Origin: an uncultured archaeon
GTDB taxonomy: Archaea; Asgardarchaeota; Lokiarchaeia; Sigyniarchaeales; SOKP01
DNA: 64,000 bases
Direction: 5' to 3'
NCBI GenBank assembly: GCA_964583985.1
Contig: CAZOYD010000008.1
Coordinates: forward strand, 21,894-85,893
Within the stretch, counting starts at the first letter, position 1. Every line of letters begins with the position of its first letter. The notes beneath the pieces were generated by a model. It had not been told where the DNA came from and searched no databases. It worked only from the letters and a program-made list of their open reading frames with translations. The position numbers were made by a program, and so were the translations under genes. Below are positions 52,433 through 61,027 of the stretch, piece after piece.

Positions 52433-52843
52433 GTGAACTACTTCATGGGTCGTAAAGATTATTATTCACATAATGATTATTCATATTACGGTAATGATGA
52501 TGAAAGTCATCGTGGAAGAAGAACTAGCAGGATCACGCTATTCGTGATTGGGATGGTGTTATTTGTCCTGGTTTTCATGCCATTTTATGGAATTACCTTG
52601 AGATACTATATAGGAACGTCGTTTCGACTAGTTTTTGATTATTTAGGAAAGGTTTTCCAAACCGTTGGTGGATTCACTCTTCTAATCGTGGGAGCAAAAT
52701 TACTCATTGGTCATAAAATTTGGTATGGCGGAATGATACTTGGACTCATACTTCTATACATGGGTGCTTTTCTGACTGGAGGTACGGTGGTAATTTTTGG
52801 AATGACTCTCTACCAACCAGGAACTCTACCTGGATTCCATTGA
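52433..52843 (+). CDS. Small 3-TM Gly-rich membrane protein
   Basis: Three hydrophobic segments after a charged N-terminus. Confidence 0.65.
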   Translation: MNYFMGRKDYYSHNDYSYYGNDDESHRGRRTSRITLFVIGMVLFVLVFMPFYGITLRYYIGTSFRLVFDYLGKVFQTVGGFTLLIVGAKLLIGHKIWYGGMILGLILLYMGAFLTGGTVVIFGMTLYQPGTLPGFH

Positions 52844-52946
52844 CTTATTTTTTTTTATCCTAAAAAAGTGATCCAATAAGAATGGTTGTGTTAGTTCACG
52901 TGAGTTCGATTAACCTCAAGATTTTCTTCTCATTGCGGAGAAAAAA

Positions 52947-53180
52947 TTAGCGAAAGATATGGAAGTATTTCACGCCAGTTTCTAATCCACAGATTGCCAA
53001 TAAAGCGATCGAGAAAACAATCACGCTTAACATGTGCTTTCGCAAGCGACCTCCACCCCAAATAAAGACAATGAACCCAACCACCAATCCAATAAATCCC
53101 AAGATGGATCCTAAGGCAATGAGAAATTCCATTCCTGTTCCAAGATCATCAAAATAATCAAAAATTGCAAGAATTACCAT
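52947..53180 (-). CDS. Small 2-TM protein, VirB2/TrbC/CedA1 pilin-like architecture
   Basis: 77 aa; two hydrophobic helices joined by GGGRLRK. Confidence 0.55.
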   Translation of the reverse strand: MVILAIFDYFDDLGTGMEFLIALGSILGFIGLVVGFIVFIWGGGRLRKHMLSVIVFSIALLAICGLETGVKYFHIFR

Positions 53181-53333
53181 TATGAATTCAATTTCATGTA
53201 TTTCTTTTTAAAAAAAAAATAAAGTTGAGGTCTTCCGATTTAGTAATTTTTCTTTTTTCCTTTAAATAAAAATGTGAGGAAAGACTCCTAACTATCTCTC
53301 TATCTTTTAATTACAAGATAAGGATATGATTAC

Positions 53334-53648
53334 ATGAGACAATTAGATGAAATCGGAACATGTTCTTGTGGATGTTCCTTAATGATTTATATGACGAAAA
53401 ATTACAAGCGATTTGTTAAGTGCGATAATTGTGGAGTGTCCTATGCCTTACCAAAGCGAGGAAAAATCAGCAATTCTGCCTTAACATGTCCACGCTCCAA
53501 TTTTCCTGTACTTATAGTGGATCGACCCAACCAGAAGGCCTATTTTTGGGCAGATCAACCTTGTTTTTCCTGCATTCATTATGATAAGTGTCCCATTACT
53601 GCTGAACTCATCGTAGAATTTAAAGAATTAGAGGTGCATGGCTATTAA
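53334..53648 (+). CDS. Stand-alone zinc-ribbon protein resembling the Topo IA C-terminal zinc ribbons
   Basis: CSCG..KRFVKCDNC..YALP..G..CP..P pattern. Confidence 0.65.
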   Translation: MRQLDEIGTCSCGCSLMIYMTKNYKRFVKCDNCGVSYALPKRGKISNSALTCPRSNFPVLIVDRPNQKAYFWADQPCFSCIHYDKCPITAELIVEFKELEVHGY

Positions 53649-54684
53649 GTCAAAACCTATTGCATTCTTCATTTTAATCTTCTCATTGTGTTTTATACTA
53701 ATTACGGCATCATTTGACCTCAATCCTCAAGAATTTAACGGGATAAATGTTCCTAACAGGGAGTGTTACTCTTCAATTCATCTGAGCGCTGAAGAGGACA
53801 TCCTCGTGGACAAAGTATTTACTTTCGAGATTGGGGGACCGCAATTAAATTTTACAGATATCCCACTTCTCGGGGAATTTACATATTTCACGTGGATTCG
53901 CTTGGTCACTCCACATTCATGCAACATTACGGTTCGGATTAATGATCCAGATGGAAAGCTTTTTACCGTATATGATGGTGCCCTTCAGCAAGTACCGTAT
54001 GATTTAAGCTATCAAGAAATACCTTTTGGAACAGCCATGGAAGGAAATCACACCTTTTCTTTCGAAGTGGAGAGCATTTTTAATGTGAATATTCATATCA
54101 AGATTGAAAAAGAACATGAGTGCTTGAGAGATAAAATTTCTGAATGGGATCCGATGAATTTTGTATTGTATGAAGTTACGCGATTTAATACAGATCAACC
54201 CTATATAATCCACCAATTTGCTTTACAATCCGATTATTCATATAAATTATATATCGGACGTGTATCAGCAGAAGGGAACTTAAGCACGGTTGACTATGTT
54301 GATTTGAAGATCTTCGATCCCAATGGCCTACCCTTTGCTGTCTTCTTGAATAGCACTTTAGCAGGAGTGTCAGAAGTTAATTCTTTTTTATTTGGCACGT
54401 CTCACGCAGGAACTTATTCAATACGCATTGAAATTCACGTTGATGAAGGACATGAAAACATAAATGTTGCTTATGCTATGGTAAATAAAGGGATTATTGC
54501 ATCAGGTGAAGATCCTACTGATGTAAATGGAACTATCCCTTCCGATACCTCGAGAATTTTCCTACCTCCAGAAACATTGATGGTGGCAGGATTGGGTGTG
54601 GGGGGAATAATGGTGGTAATCGGAGTAATGATGGTATTTCGAAAGCGCAAGGACGCAATAAATTATAACTCCAAAATGGATTAA
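53638..54684 (+). CDS. Secreted membrane-anchored protein with two beta-sandwich repeats
   Basis: Signal peptide; repeats INDPDG..F..PFGT..G and IFDPNG..F..LFGT..G; C-terminal TM helix and RKRK. Confidence 0.75.
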   Translation: MAIKSKPIAFFILIFSLCFILITASFDLNPQEFNGINVPNRECYSSIHLSAEEDILVDKVFTFEIGGPQLNFTDIPLLGEFTYFTWIRLVTPHSCNITVRINDPDGKLFTVYDGALQQVPYDLSYQEIPFGTAMEGNHTFSFEVESIFNVNIHIKIEKEHECLRDKISEWDPMNFVLYEVTRFNTDQPYIIHQFALQSDYSYKLYIGRVSAEGNLSTVDYVDLKIFDPNGLPFAVFLNSTLAGVSEVNSFLFGTSHAGTYSIRIEIHVDEGHENINVAYAMVNKGIIASGEDPTDVNGTIPSDTSRIFLPPETLMVAGLGVGGIMVVIGVMMVFRKRKDAINYNSKMD

Positions 54685-54977
54685 TTTTTTTCTTTATTCT
54701 CATTTAGAAAACTAATTTCTTTTTCAGTTTAATCTCTAATTATTTGGCTAATTCTAATATCGTAACTCGAAAATTTATTTTGTTACTCTTGCTCGAGTTG
54801 GAGGAAGAGAAGGATAAAGTAGAAGTAGAGTAAATAGAATTTACTAATCTTGAGTATTTTTCTTTACCTTAATAGATGAAAAAACATTAAATCAATGTAA
54901 GAATTAAATTATATAAATGTCTGTCTTGTATGGTTGTCTATTTAAACACAAAAATCTTTACGTAAACATGATTTAAA

Positions 54978-55484
54978 GTGATTAATTTGGTTAAGAAAGA
55001 GATGGTAGGAGTGTATCCTATCAGGTACAAAGAGAATAAGTTAGAGTTTCTCATGATAAAAAGAGCTACTTTGAGTTATAATTGGCAATGCGTAACTGGT
55101 TCAGTAGGAGATTCAATGGGGGCATTTGATCACCCGAAAGGAGAAAGTCCTCTTGAGTGTGCAAAAAGAGAACTTTTTGAAGAAACAGGTTACATTCCTA
55201 CTCTTATTCTCCCGATAAATATACCTCAAGAATTATATGCGGAAAATGAAGAAGATGAAGGTCATAAATCTCCTCCTCATCTTCAAGAGCTTGTAAAAGA
55301 AATTACATTTTATAACTTCATAGCACGCATAGATCAACCTCAGGATCCAATTTTGAATCCTGCTGAACATACGGATTGGAAATGGTGCAGCTTTGAAACA
55401 GCTTATAAGATAATAAAGTGGGCTATTGAAAAAAAATTGTTAAGGTATGTCAGTAATTACCTTATTAAAAATCCTTTAGAATAA
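54978..55484 (+). CDS. NUDIX hydrolase
   Basis: GESPLECAKRELFEETG and EHTDWKW motifs. Confidence 0.9.
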   Translation: MINLVKKEMVGVYPIRYKENKLEFLMIKRATLSYNWQCVTGSVGDSMGAFDHPKGESPLECAKRELFEETGYIPTLILPINIPQELYAENEEDEGHKSPPHLQELVKEITFYNFIARIDQPQDPILNPAEHTDWKWCSFETAYKIIKWAIEKKLLRYVSNYLIKNPLE

Positions 55485-55492
55485 TAATTCAC

Positions 55493-56293
55493 TCATAAAT
55501 AGTATTTACTCTCTTTCTTCGCTAATTTTTCTGGGGTATTTTCAGCATTAACAATAACGGAATATGCTGGTTTCATATCGTTAATCTCAAGAACATTATC
55601 TGGGCAAATAAATACACACCTCAAACATCTAATGCATTTCTCTCTATTAGAAATTCCCGCATTAGCATCCATTGCATTATTTGGACATTCTATTTCGCAT
55701 TTTAAACACATGCAACAATCCTTTCCCTTACGTGAAGGCGGTGTCATACCTCCCTTTGGTACTTTATCTAATCGGTTGAGTTGTTTTTCAGTAATTTTGG
55801 GTTCTTCGAATTCGATCATTTGAGTATTGTGTGAAATAATTTTTTCAAGGGTTTTAATAGTATATAGCCTTGCAACTGAGAAATCTTCATCATTTGGGTG
55901 ATCAGACATTAAATTCCAACCACCAAGGTTAAATGTATGTTTTCCTAAGAATTCTGCAGTTGAAATAATATGAAAATTTTGACTTTCTAATTTTCTTTTT
56001 GTATCATAATGAGCAATTCCAGTAGTTACCCCTCCATACGTAAAAAATATTGAACAAAACTTTCCCCCTCCATTCAAGGTAAGAATCCAATCCTGAATAT
56101 TAGATGGCACTCTTTGAACATGAATTGGAAATCCAAAAAAAATAGCATCATATTCTTGAAATTGAAATTTTTTCTGTCTTTCTGTATGTGTCGTTATATC
56201 ATACAAATCTACGTCTACATTCCTCTCAACTAACGCTTCTTTGACAACCTCTGCAATTCGAGCAGTATTATTAGTTGGAGAGAAAAAAATCAT
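55493..56293 (-). CDS. Flavodoxin-ferredoxin fusion (EFR1-like)
   Basis: FSPTNNT flavodoxin loop; two CxxCxxCxxxCP motifs. Confidence 0.88.
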   Translation of the reverse strand: MIFFSPTNNTARIAEVVKEALVERNVDVDLYDITTHTERQKKFQFQEYDAIFFGFPIHVQRVPSNIQDWILTLNGGGKFCSIFFTYGGVTTGIAHYDTKRKLESQNFHIISTAEFLGKHTFNLGGWNLMSDHPNDEDFSVARLYTIKTLEKIISHNTQMIEFEEPKITEKQLNRLDKVPKGGMTPPSRKGKDCCMCLKCEIECPNNAMDANAGISNREKCIRCLRCVFICPDNVLEINDMKPAYSVIVNAENTPEKLAKKESKYYL

Positions 56294-56383
56294 ATTTAAT
56301 TTCTATTTTTTTTTACAAATTAGTAAAATTATAAATAACTGATTATAACCTTATAAATTGTATCGAGATCTTGATTTTTAAGG

Positions 56384-57718
56384 TTACATCCGCCTCTTAT
56401 TAATTATATAGAAGATAAAAGCACCAATAATCGTAAACACGACGGAAAGTTGAAGTAAAACATCCCAATATATTTCAACACAATTTGGTGGATTATTTTT
56501 TGGATTTTTAAAAAGCACTAATTCTTGACTTGGATTAGGACCGCCTTCTAGTCGCAGAATTCCTGAAATGTAAACGTTTCCGTAAGAATCTAAAGCAATA
56601 CTTGTAGATCTAACATCAAAACATCCAGTGCATGTAATGCTTGAATTTAATATACCATCTTTTGTGTATCTTTCTAAACCTATGGAATAACAACCACAAG
56701 GGTCATCGAAACCACCACAACCAGGCAGATAAACACGAAGTAATTCATATCTATAACAACGTGATATGTGAGAGGCAGTTAGGAGAATTGAATTATCTTT
56801 ATTAACAGCAATATCGGATTTTGTCCAGAGAAAAAAGGAACTCTTTACACTCCATGATGTTAACAGGGAGGAATTTATTTTAAATAAACTATGTAAATAA
56901 AATAATATGATATCATCGTTTTTATCTAGTTCAATTGAAATAGAATCTTCAAGTGGATTTACAATTTCAGATACGCTAATATTCATTATAGGAACTCCTG
57001 AAGAATCACACTTAAATAATATAACTTCATCTTTGTAATGCCCTCCAACATATATCTCATTTTCTTGATTTATTACTAGCGAATTGCAATTGCTAACATA
57101 TGGATAGTAGATATCTTTGTTATTTTCCCAAATTGTTTTGTTCCAAATCAGTATTCCCATCTCATCGACTTTAAGGATGAAATTATTAGTACTATTTTCA
57201 CAGCTCTTTATTGCTAGTAAATAGAGATTATTACTTGAATCGATCTTCATATCTGATAAAATATCCCCTTTATACATTTTACTCCACAGTTTTTGCCCAG
57301 AATTATTATATTTCATGAGAACTAAACTAGTATCAGATAAATTATGGACCCTTCCTCCTAAATAAATATCCCCACGTGAATCTAATGAAATACAATAAAT
57401 TTGAACAGTATTGGTTTCATTTATCTCTGCTGTCCACAATAATTTTCCTTTATCATTATATTTATTTAAGTAATTGTATAAATGGGATGATCCAAATCCC
57501 ATGAGATATATGTTATCCTCGCCGTCAATTGCTATTTCTGCTCCGACTGTGTATTTAGATCCCTCTTGTATCCAATAGTTGGGGGAATCACCGTAATTTT
57601 CTGCTTTCCAGTTTTTCCACCTATTTTGAGGTGAAAACAATAATGATATGGAATAAAAAGCTATTATCTCCATCGTTATAATAATGATTGTTGATATCAA
57701 TATGTATCTTGGTCTCAT
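56384..57718 (-). CDS. Membrane-anchored beta-propeller (SBBP-like repeats)
   Basis: Repeated I.LDS.GN.Y..G and KY...G..LW units; N- and C-terminal TM helices. Confidence 0.78.
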   Translation of the reverse strand: MRPRYILISTIIIITMEIIAFYSISLLFSPQNRWKNWKAENYGDSPNYWIQEGSKYTVGAEIAIDGEDNIYLMGFGSSHLYNYLNKYNDKGKLLWTAEINETNTVQIYCISLDSRGDIYLGGRVHNLSDTSLVLMKYNNSGQKLWSKMYKGDILSDMKIDSSNNLYLLAIKSCENSTNNFILKVDEMGILIWNKTIWENNKDIYYPYVSNCNSLVINQENEIYVGGHYKDEVILFKCDSSGVPIMNISVSEIVNPLEDSISIELDKNDDIILFYLHSLFKINSSLLTSWSVKSSFFLWTKSDIAVNKDNSILLTASHISRCYRYELLRVYLPGCGGFDDPCGCYSIGLERYTKDGILNSSITCTGCFDVRSTSIALDSYGNVYISGILRLEGGPNPSQELVLFKNPKNNPPNCVEIYWDVLLQLSVVFTIIGAFIFYIINKRRM

Positions 57719-57938
57719 AAAATACCATTTTTAATTGAAAAAATTTTAAATTATAGTGCAAGCTCGATTTAGGATCTACAAGTATTAATTGGATCAAGAT
57801 AACTTTTTAATTCTTTGTTTTCATGATAATAATACCAACTTTTTTCCCAAAAATAGCATAAACCGAAGTAATTCTACCTAAAATATTGATTTAAAAAAAA
57901 ATTGGATGATTATATTTAATAGATATGAATAATATCTT

Positions 57939-58259
57939 TTGAGTGAGAAAATCATGAAATCTTTAAATAAAGAAGAGATATTCAAGCTTCTGAACCGACA
58001 TAGAGAAGAATTAAAGAGTCATAATGTAATAAAGATTGGATTATTTGGCTCCATGTTGAGAGGAGATAATACTAAGGAGAGTGATATTGATTTTATTGTC
58101 GAGTTTGAGGAAGGAAAAAAAAATTATGATAATTTTATTGAAGTAGCATTTCTATTAGAAAGTCTATTGCAGAAAAAAGTAGATTTACTGACAATGGAAG
58201 CAATCAGTCCTTATATGAAGCCTAAAATTCTGAAGGAGGCTTATTTTGAGTTAATCTGA
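57939..58259 (+). CDS. mntA: MNT nucleotidyltransferase antitoxin
   Basis: LFGS-x10-DID motif and VDL. Confidence 0.9.
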   Translation: MSEKIMKSLNKEEIFKLLNRHREELKSHNVIKIGLFGSMLRGDNTKESDIDFIVEFEEGKKNYDNFIEVAFLLESLLQKKVDLLTMEAISPYMKPKILKEAYFELI

Positions 58260-58590
58260 TGATTATATAGACAAAATCAACCATATTTATATTGAGTTAG
58301 ATTATTTATCAATCAAATCAAAAGGGTTAACATATGAGCAGTTCATTTCAGATGAAACTCTAAAACGAGCATTTGTTAGAAGTTTAGAGATTATTGGAGA
58401 AGCCGTAAAAACTATTCCTAAACAAATATCTGACCAATATAGACAGATCGAATGGAATAAAATCGCAGGGATGAGAGATAAATTAATCCATCACTATTTT
58501 GGTGTTGATTATGATTTAGTATGGGACGTGATTAAAAACCATATTCCTAAATTAAAAGAAATAATTAAGTTAATTCTCAATAAAGAATAA
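58246..58590 (+). pseudogene. hepT: HEPN (DUF86/HepT) toxin, absent from the ORF track; stop at codon 3
   Basis: TTG AGT TAA, then an open frame ..RSLEIIGEA..W..IAGMRDKLIHHYFGVD..VW.. to TAA at 58590; Rx4HxY intact. Confidence 0.8.
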
Positions 58591-58698
58591 TTGAAATTTA
58601 ACACAAAAGAGATTAATACTAAATACAAAAAGAAAATCATCTTTCCATAAAACTTTTAATTTCATTCTTATATACTAATTTGTTAAATAATTAATTGG

Positions 58699-59520
58699 GT
58701 GTTTAAAATACCGATCTTCAAACACGATGATATCGAAATCAATTACATAATGAAAGGAAAGGGGGAGCCTCTAGTTCTTGTACATGGATTTGGGACAAAA
58801 TATCAAGCTTGGAATTTTCAAATCCCCTATTTCGAAAAAAGAATGAAAGTTATCGCATTAGATAATCGTGGAGTAGGAAAAAGCTCACGACCAAATTATC
58901 ATTATACAATAGATATGTTCGTAGAAGATATTAAAGCTCTTTTAGATCATCTAAATATTCAAGATAAAGTTCATTTATGTGGTATTAGTCTAGGAGGAAT
59001 GATCGTTCAAAATTTTGCGGTGAAATATCCTGAGAAATTGAAGACTTTAATTCTTTGTGCCACATCTGCTTTTTATGATCCAGGACCTTTATTTCAGAGT
59101 TTTGAATTAATTAAATATTTGAATTTAGAAGAACAAGTTGAAGCTTTATTACCTTTTACGCACTCTAGAACTTTTCTTAGAAAATTAAAAAACGATCAAC
59201 AGTTATTTGATTCTCTTAAAGAAGATGTGCTTTTTATTACTCCGATGAAGGATCCTACTCACTTTCAAGATTACATGAATCAAGGTAATGCCATGAATAC
59301 CCATGATACACGTGAATTTTTAAATAAAATTAGAATTCCCACTTTAATACTTGGGGCAAATAAAGATAGATTAATCCCTTATCCCCATCAAGAATTCTTG
59401 CATGAAAAAATTCTTAACTCAAAATTAGAAATTTTCAAGGGTTGTGGTCATGCTTTTACTATAGAAATGCCTGAAAAAGTAAATGAGCTGATGTGGAATT
59501 TTATAAAAGAGAATTCTTAG
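58699..59520 (+). CDS. Alpha/beta hydrolase
   Basis: HGF, DNRGVG, GISLGG and D..GH motifs. Confidence 0.92.
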   Translation: MFKIPIFKHDDIEINYIMKGKGEPLVLVHGFGTKYQAWNFQIPYFEKRMKVIALDNRGVGKSSRPNYHYTIDMFVEDIKALLDHLNIQDKVHLCGISLGGMIVQNFAVKYPEKLKTLILCATSAFYDPGPLFQSFELIKYLNLEEQVEALLPFTHSRTFLRKLKNDQQLFDSLKEDVLFITPMKDPTHFQDYMNQGNAMNTHDTREFLNKIRIPTLILGANKDRLIPYPHQEFLHEKILNSKLEIFKGCGHAFTIEMPEKVNELMWNFIKENS

Positions 59521-59705
59521 AAAAGAATAAAGATGTTAAAAAAAATTTATGATTTGAATTATGTTTGGATCATACTCTTTGCATTAACTTGCCATTCTTG
59601 AACCTTTTTCATTGATGCACCACTCACTTTTGAAGCAATCTCATCTGCTGGGGCACATATTAACTCGCTTAACGAATTAATTCCAGCTTTCTTGAGTTGA
59701 AGAGC
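59521..59705 (-). repeat. Diverged duplicate of the radA 3' end and terminator (other copy 60991..61174)
   Basis: 32/48 identical aa by manual count; downstream AGATGT.AAAAAAA..TATGATTTGA also shared. Confidence 0.9.
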
Positions 59706-59733
59706 ATACTTGCTCCGATATAGGGGATTTAAA

Positions 59734-60915
59734 TCATAAACGACATATATTCCCATCTTTTATGATGTAATGCCCTACCAGCATATCTGGATTCTTGCTA
59801 ATTGCTTTAATAATATGCTTTTGAAGACTTTTTGCGTTTTCAACGATTTTAAGAGAGGGGTTTTCCCCTGTTGCTATTTGGGCTAATTCTGTAATATAAT
59901 AAGATTTAATGTTCTTTTGAGTAGCGTGGCTAGATAAACTAGCAAGACAACCCGTGCATATGTGAGCTATTATGTCCGCATTTGCACTTTCGGCTTCATT
60001 TATTCTTTCCTTTGCAATTTTGGTGGCGAGAGGTCTATTTGATACGGTTAAAGGAGCACCGCAACACATGGAAGTTTCCTTATTGTGTTTCATTTCTACT
60101 ACTTCAGCACCAAGAATTTCAAGGAATTCTCTCGGACTATTATATATTTTCTTGTCTAACTTTCTCCACGGACAGGGATCTTGAAAAGTTATTCTTTGGT
60201 TGATCTTATTTTTTACGTTTAATGTACCTTCATGATACTTTTCAATCAAATATTCAATTACATTTTGACCTTCTATATTAAATCCATCGACAGTTGATGG
60301 ATAGAAACCTTTAATCATAAAATCACATTCAGGACAGAAGGTTATAAGCTTCTCTACACTAAGGTGTTTGAATTTTTCATATAGTTCCAAACCTTTTATC
60401 CTTGCTTCATTTTCACCGAACCTGGAATACACATATCCCCCACAACAATACTTCATTCCTCCCACGATAGGTAATTCCTCGAAAAGCTTGGTTTTAGCAA
60501 GATCTGGAAAACAATAAGGAATTCCACACCCCATATAGAACATTTTATCACCTTTTTGAGGATTTTCATATTGAGTTAAATCTCGCTTTTTTTCCTCAGT
60601 GTCAATTTCTAACCCGATAGACATCAAATTATGAGGTACTTCTTCAGTTATAAGTGCTAAACTTCTCACACCTTTCTCACGATACATTTTTAATCGTATT
60701 TCTCTTATTAAATCATATGGATTTGACCCCGTTGGGCATATTATATTGCAATAAGAACAGCTGGCACAATTTTTGATTATTTTTTGTGAGGTTCTCTTCT
60801 CAATCATTTTAGAAATCTCTTGTTTCGAACTTTCTAAAGATAATCGCAGAAATGGACATTGTTCAAGACATGTACCACACCGCTGGCATGTTTCTTCATT
60901 AAAAATTTTTAGCAA
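59734..60915 (-). CDS. Fe-S oxidoreductase (ferredoxin plus CCG domains, HdrD/GlcF-like)
   Basis: Two CxxCxxCxxxCP motifs; CCGG, CPEC, DPC, CCG and CTGC. Confidence 0.88.
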   Translation of the reverse strand: MLKIFNEETCQRCGTCLEQCPFLRLSLESSKQEISKMIEKRTSQKIIKNCASCSYCNIICPTGSNPYDLIREIRLKMYREKGVRSLALITEEVPHNLMSIGLEIDTEEKKRDLTQYENPQKGDKMFYMGCGIPYCFPDLAKTKLFEELPIVGGMKYCCGGYVYSRFGENEARIKGLELYEKFKHLSVEKLITFCPECDFMIKGFYPSTVDGFNIEGQNVIEYLIEKYHEGTLNVKNKINQRITFQDPCPWRKLDKKIYNSPREFLEILGAEVVEMKHNKETSMCCGAPLTVSNRPLATKIAKERINEAESANADIIAHICTGCLASLSSHATQKNIKSYYITELAQIATGENPSLKIVENAKSLQKHIIKAISKNPDMLVGHYIIKDGNICRL

Positions 60916-61027
60916 CTCTTTTGTTAAATCTGATTTTGTTGATAATAATTAGTCTTTATTTTATTTATAATAACTTCATCAAGATTAATGAATAGAAAAA
61001 AGATGTGAAAAAAAAGTATGATTTGAT

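Noticed and set aside
54764-54799. AACTCGA..TCGAGTT inverted repeat at the left edge of the accessory block, read as a mobile-element end
   Set aside because: Only 7 bp, with no partner end, target-site duplication or transposase.
59559-59756. 65-aa ORF as an independent gene
   Set aside because: Its first ~17 codons overlap or follow the Fe-S gene end and are non-homologous; it is better explained as a radA tail remnant.
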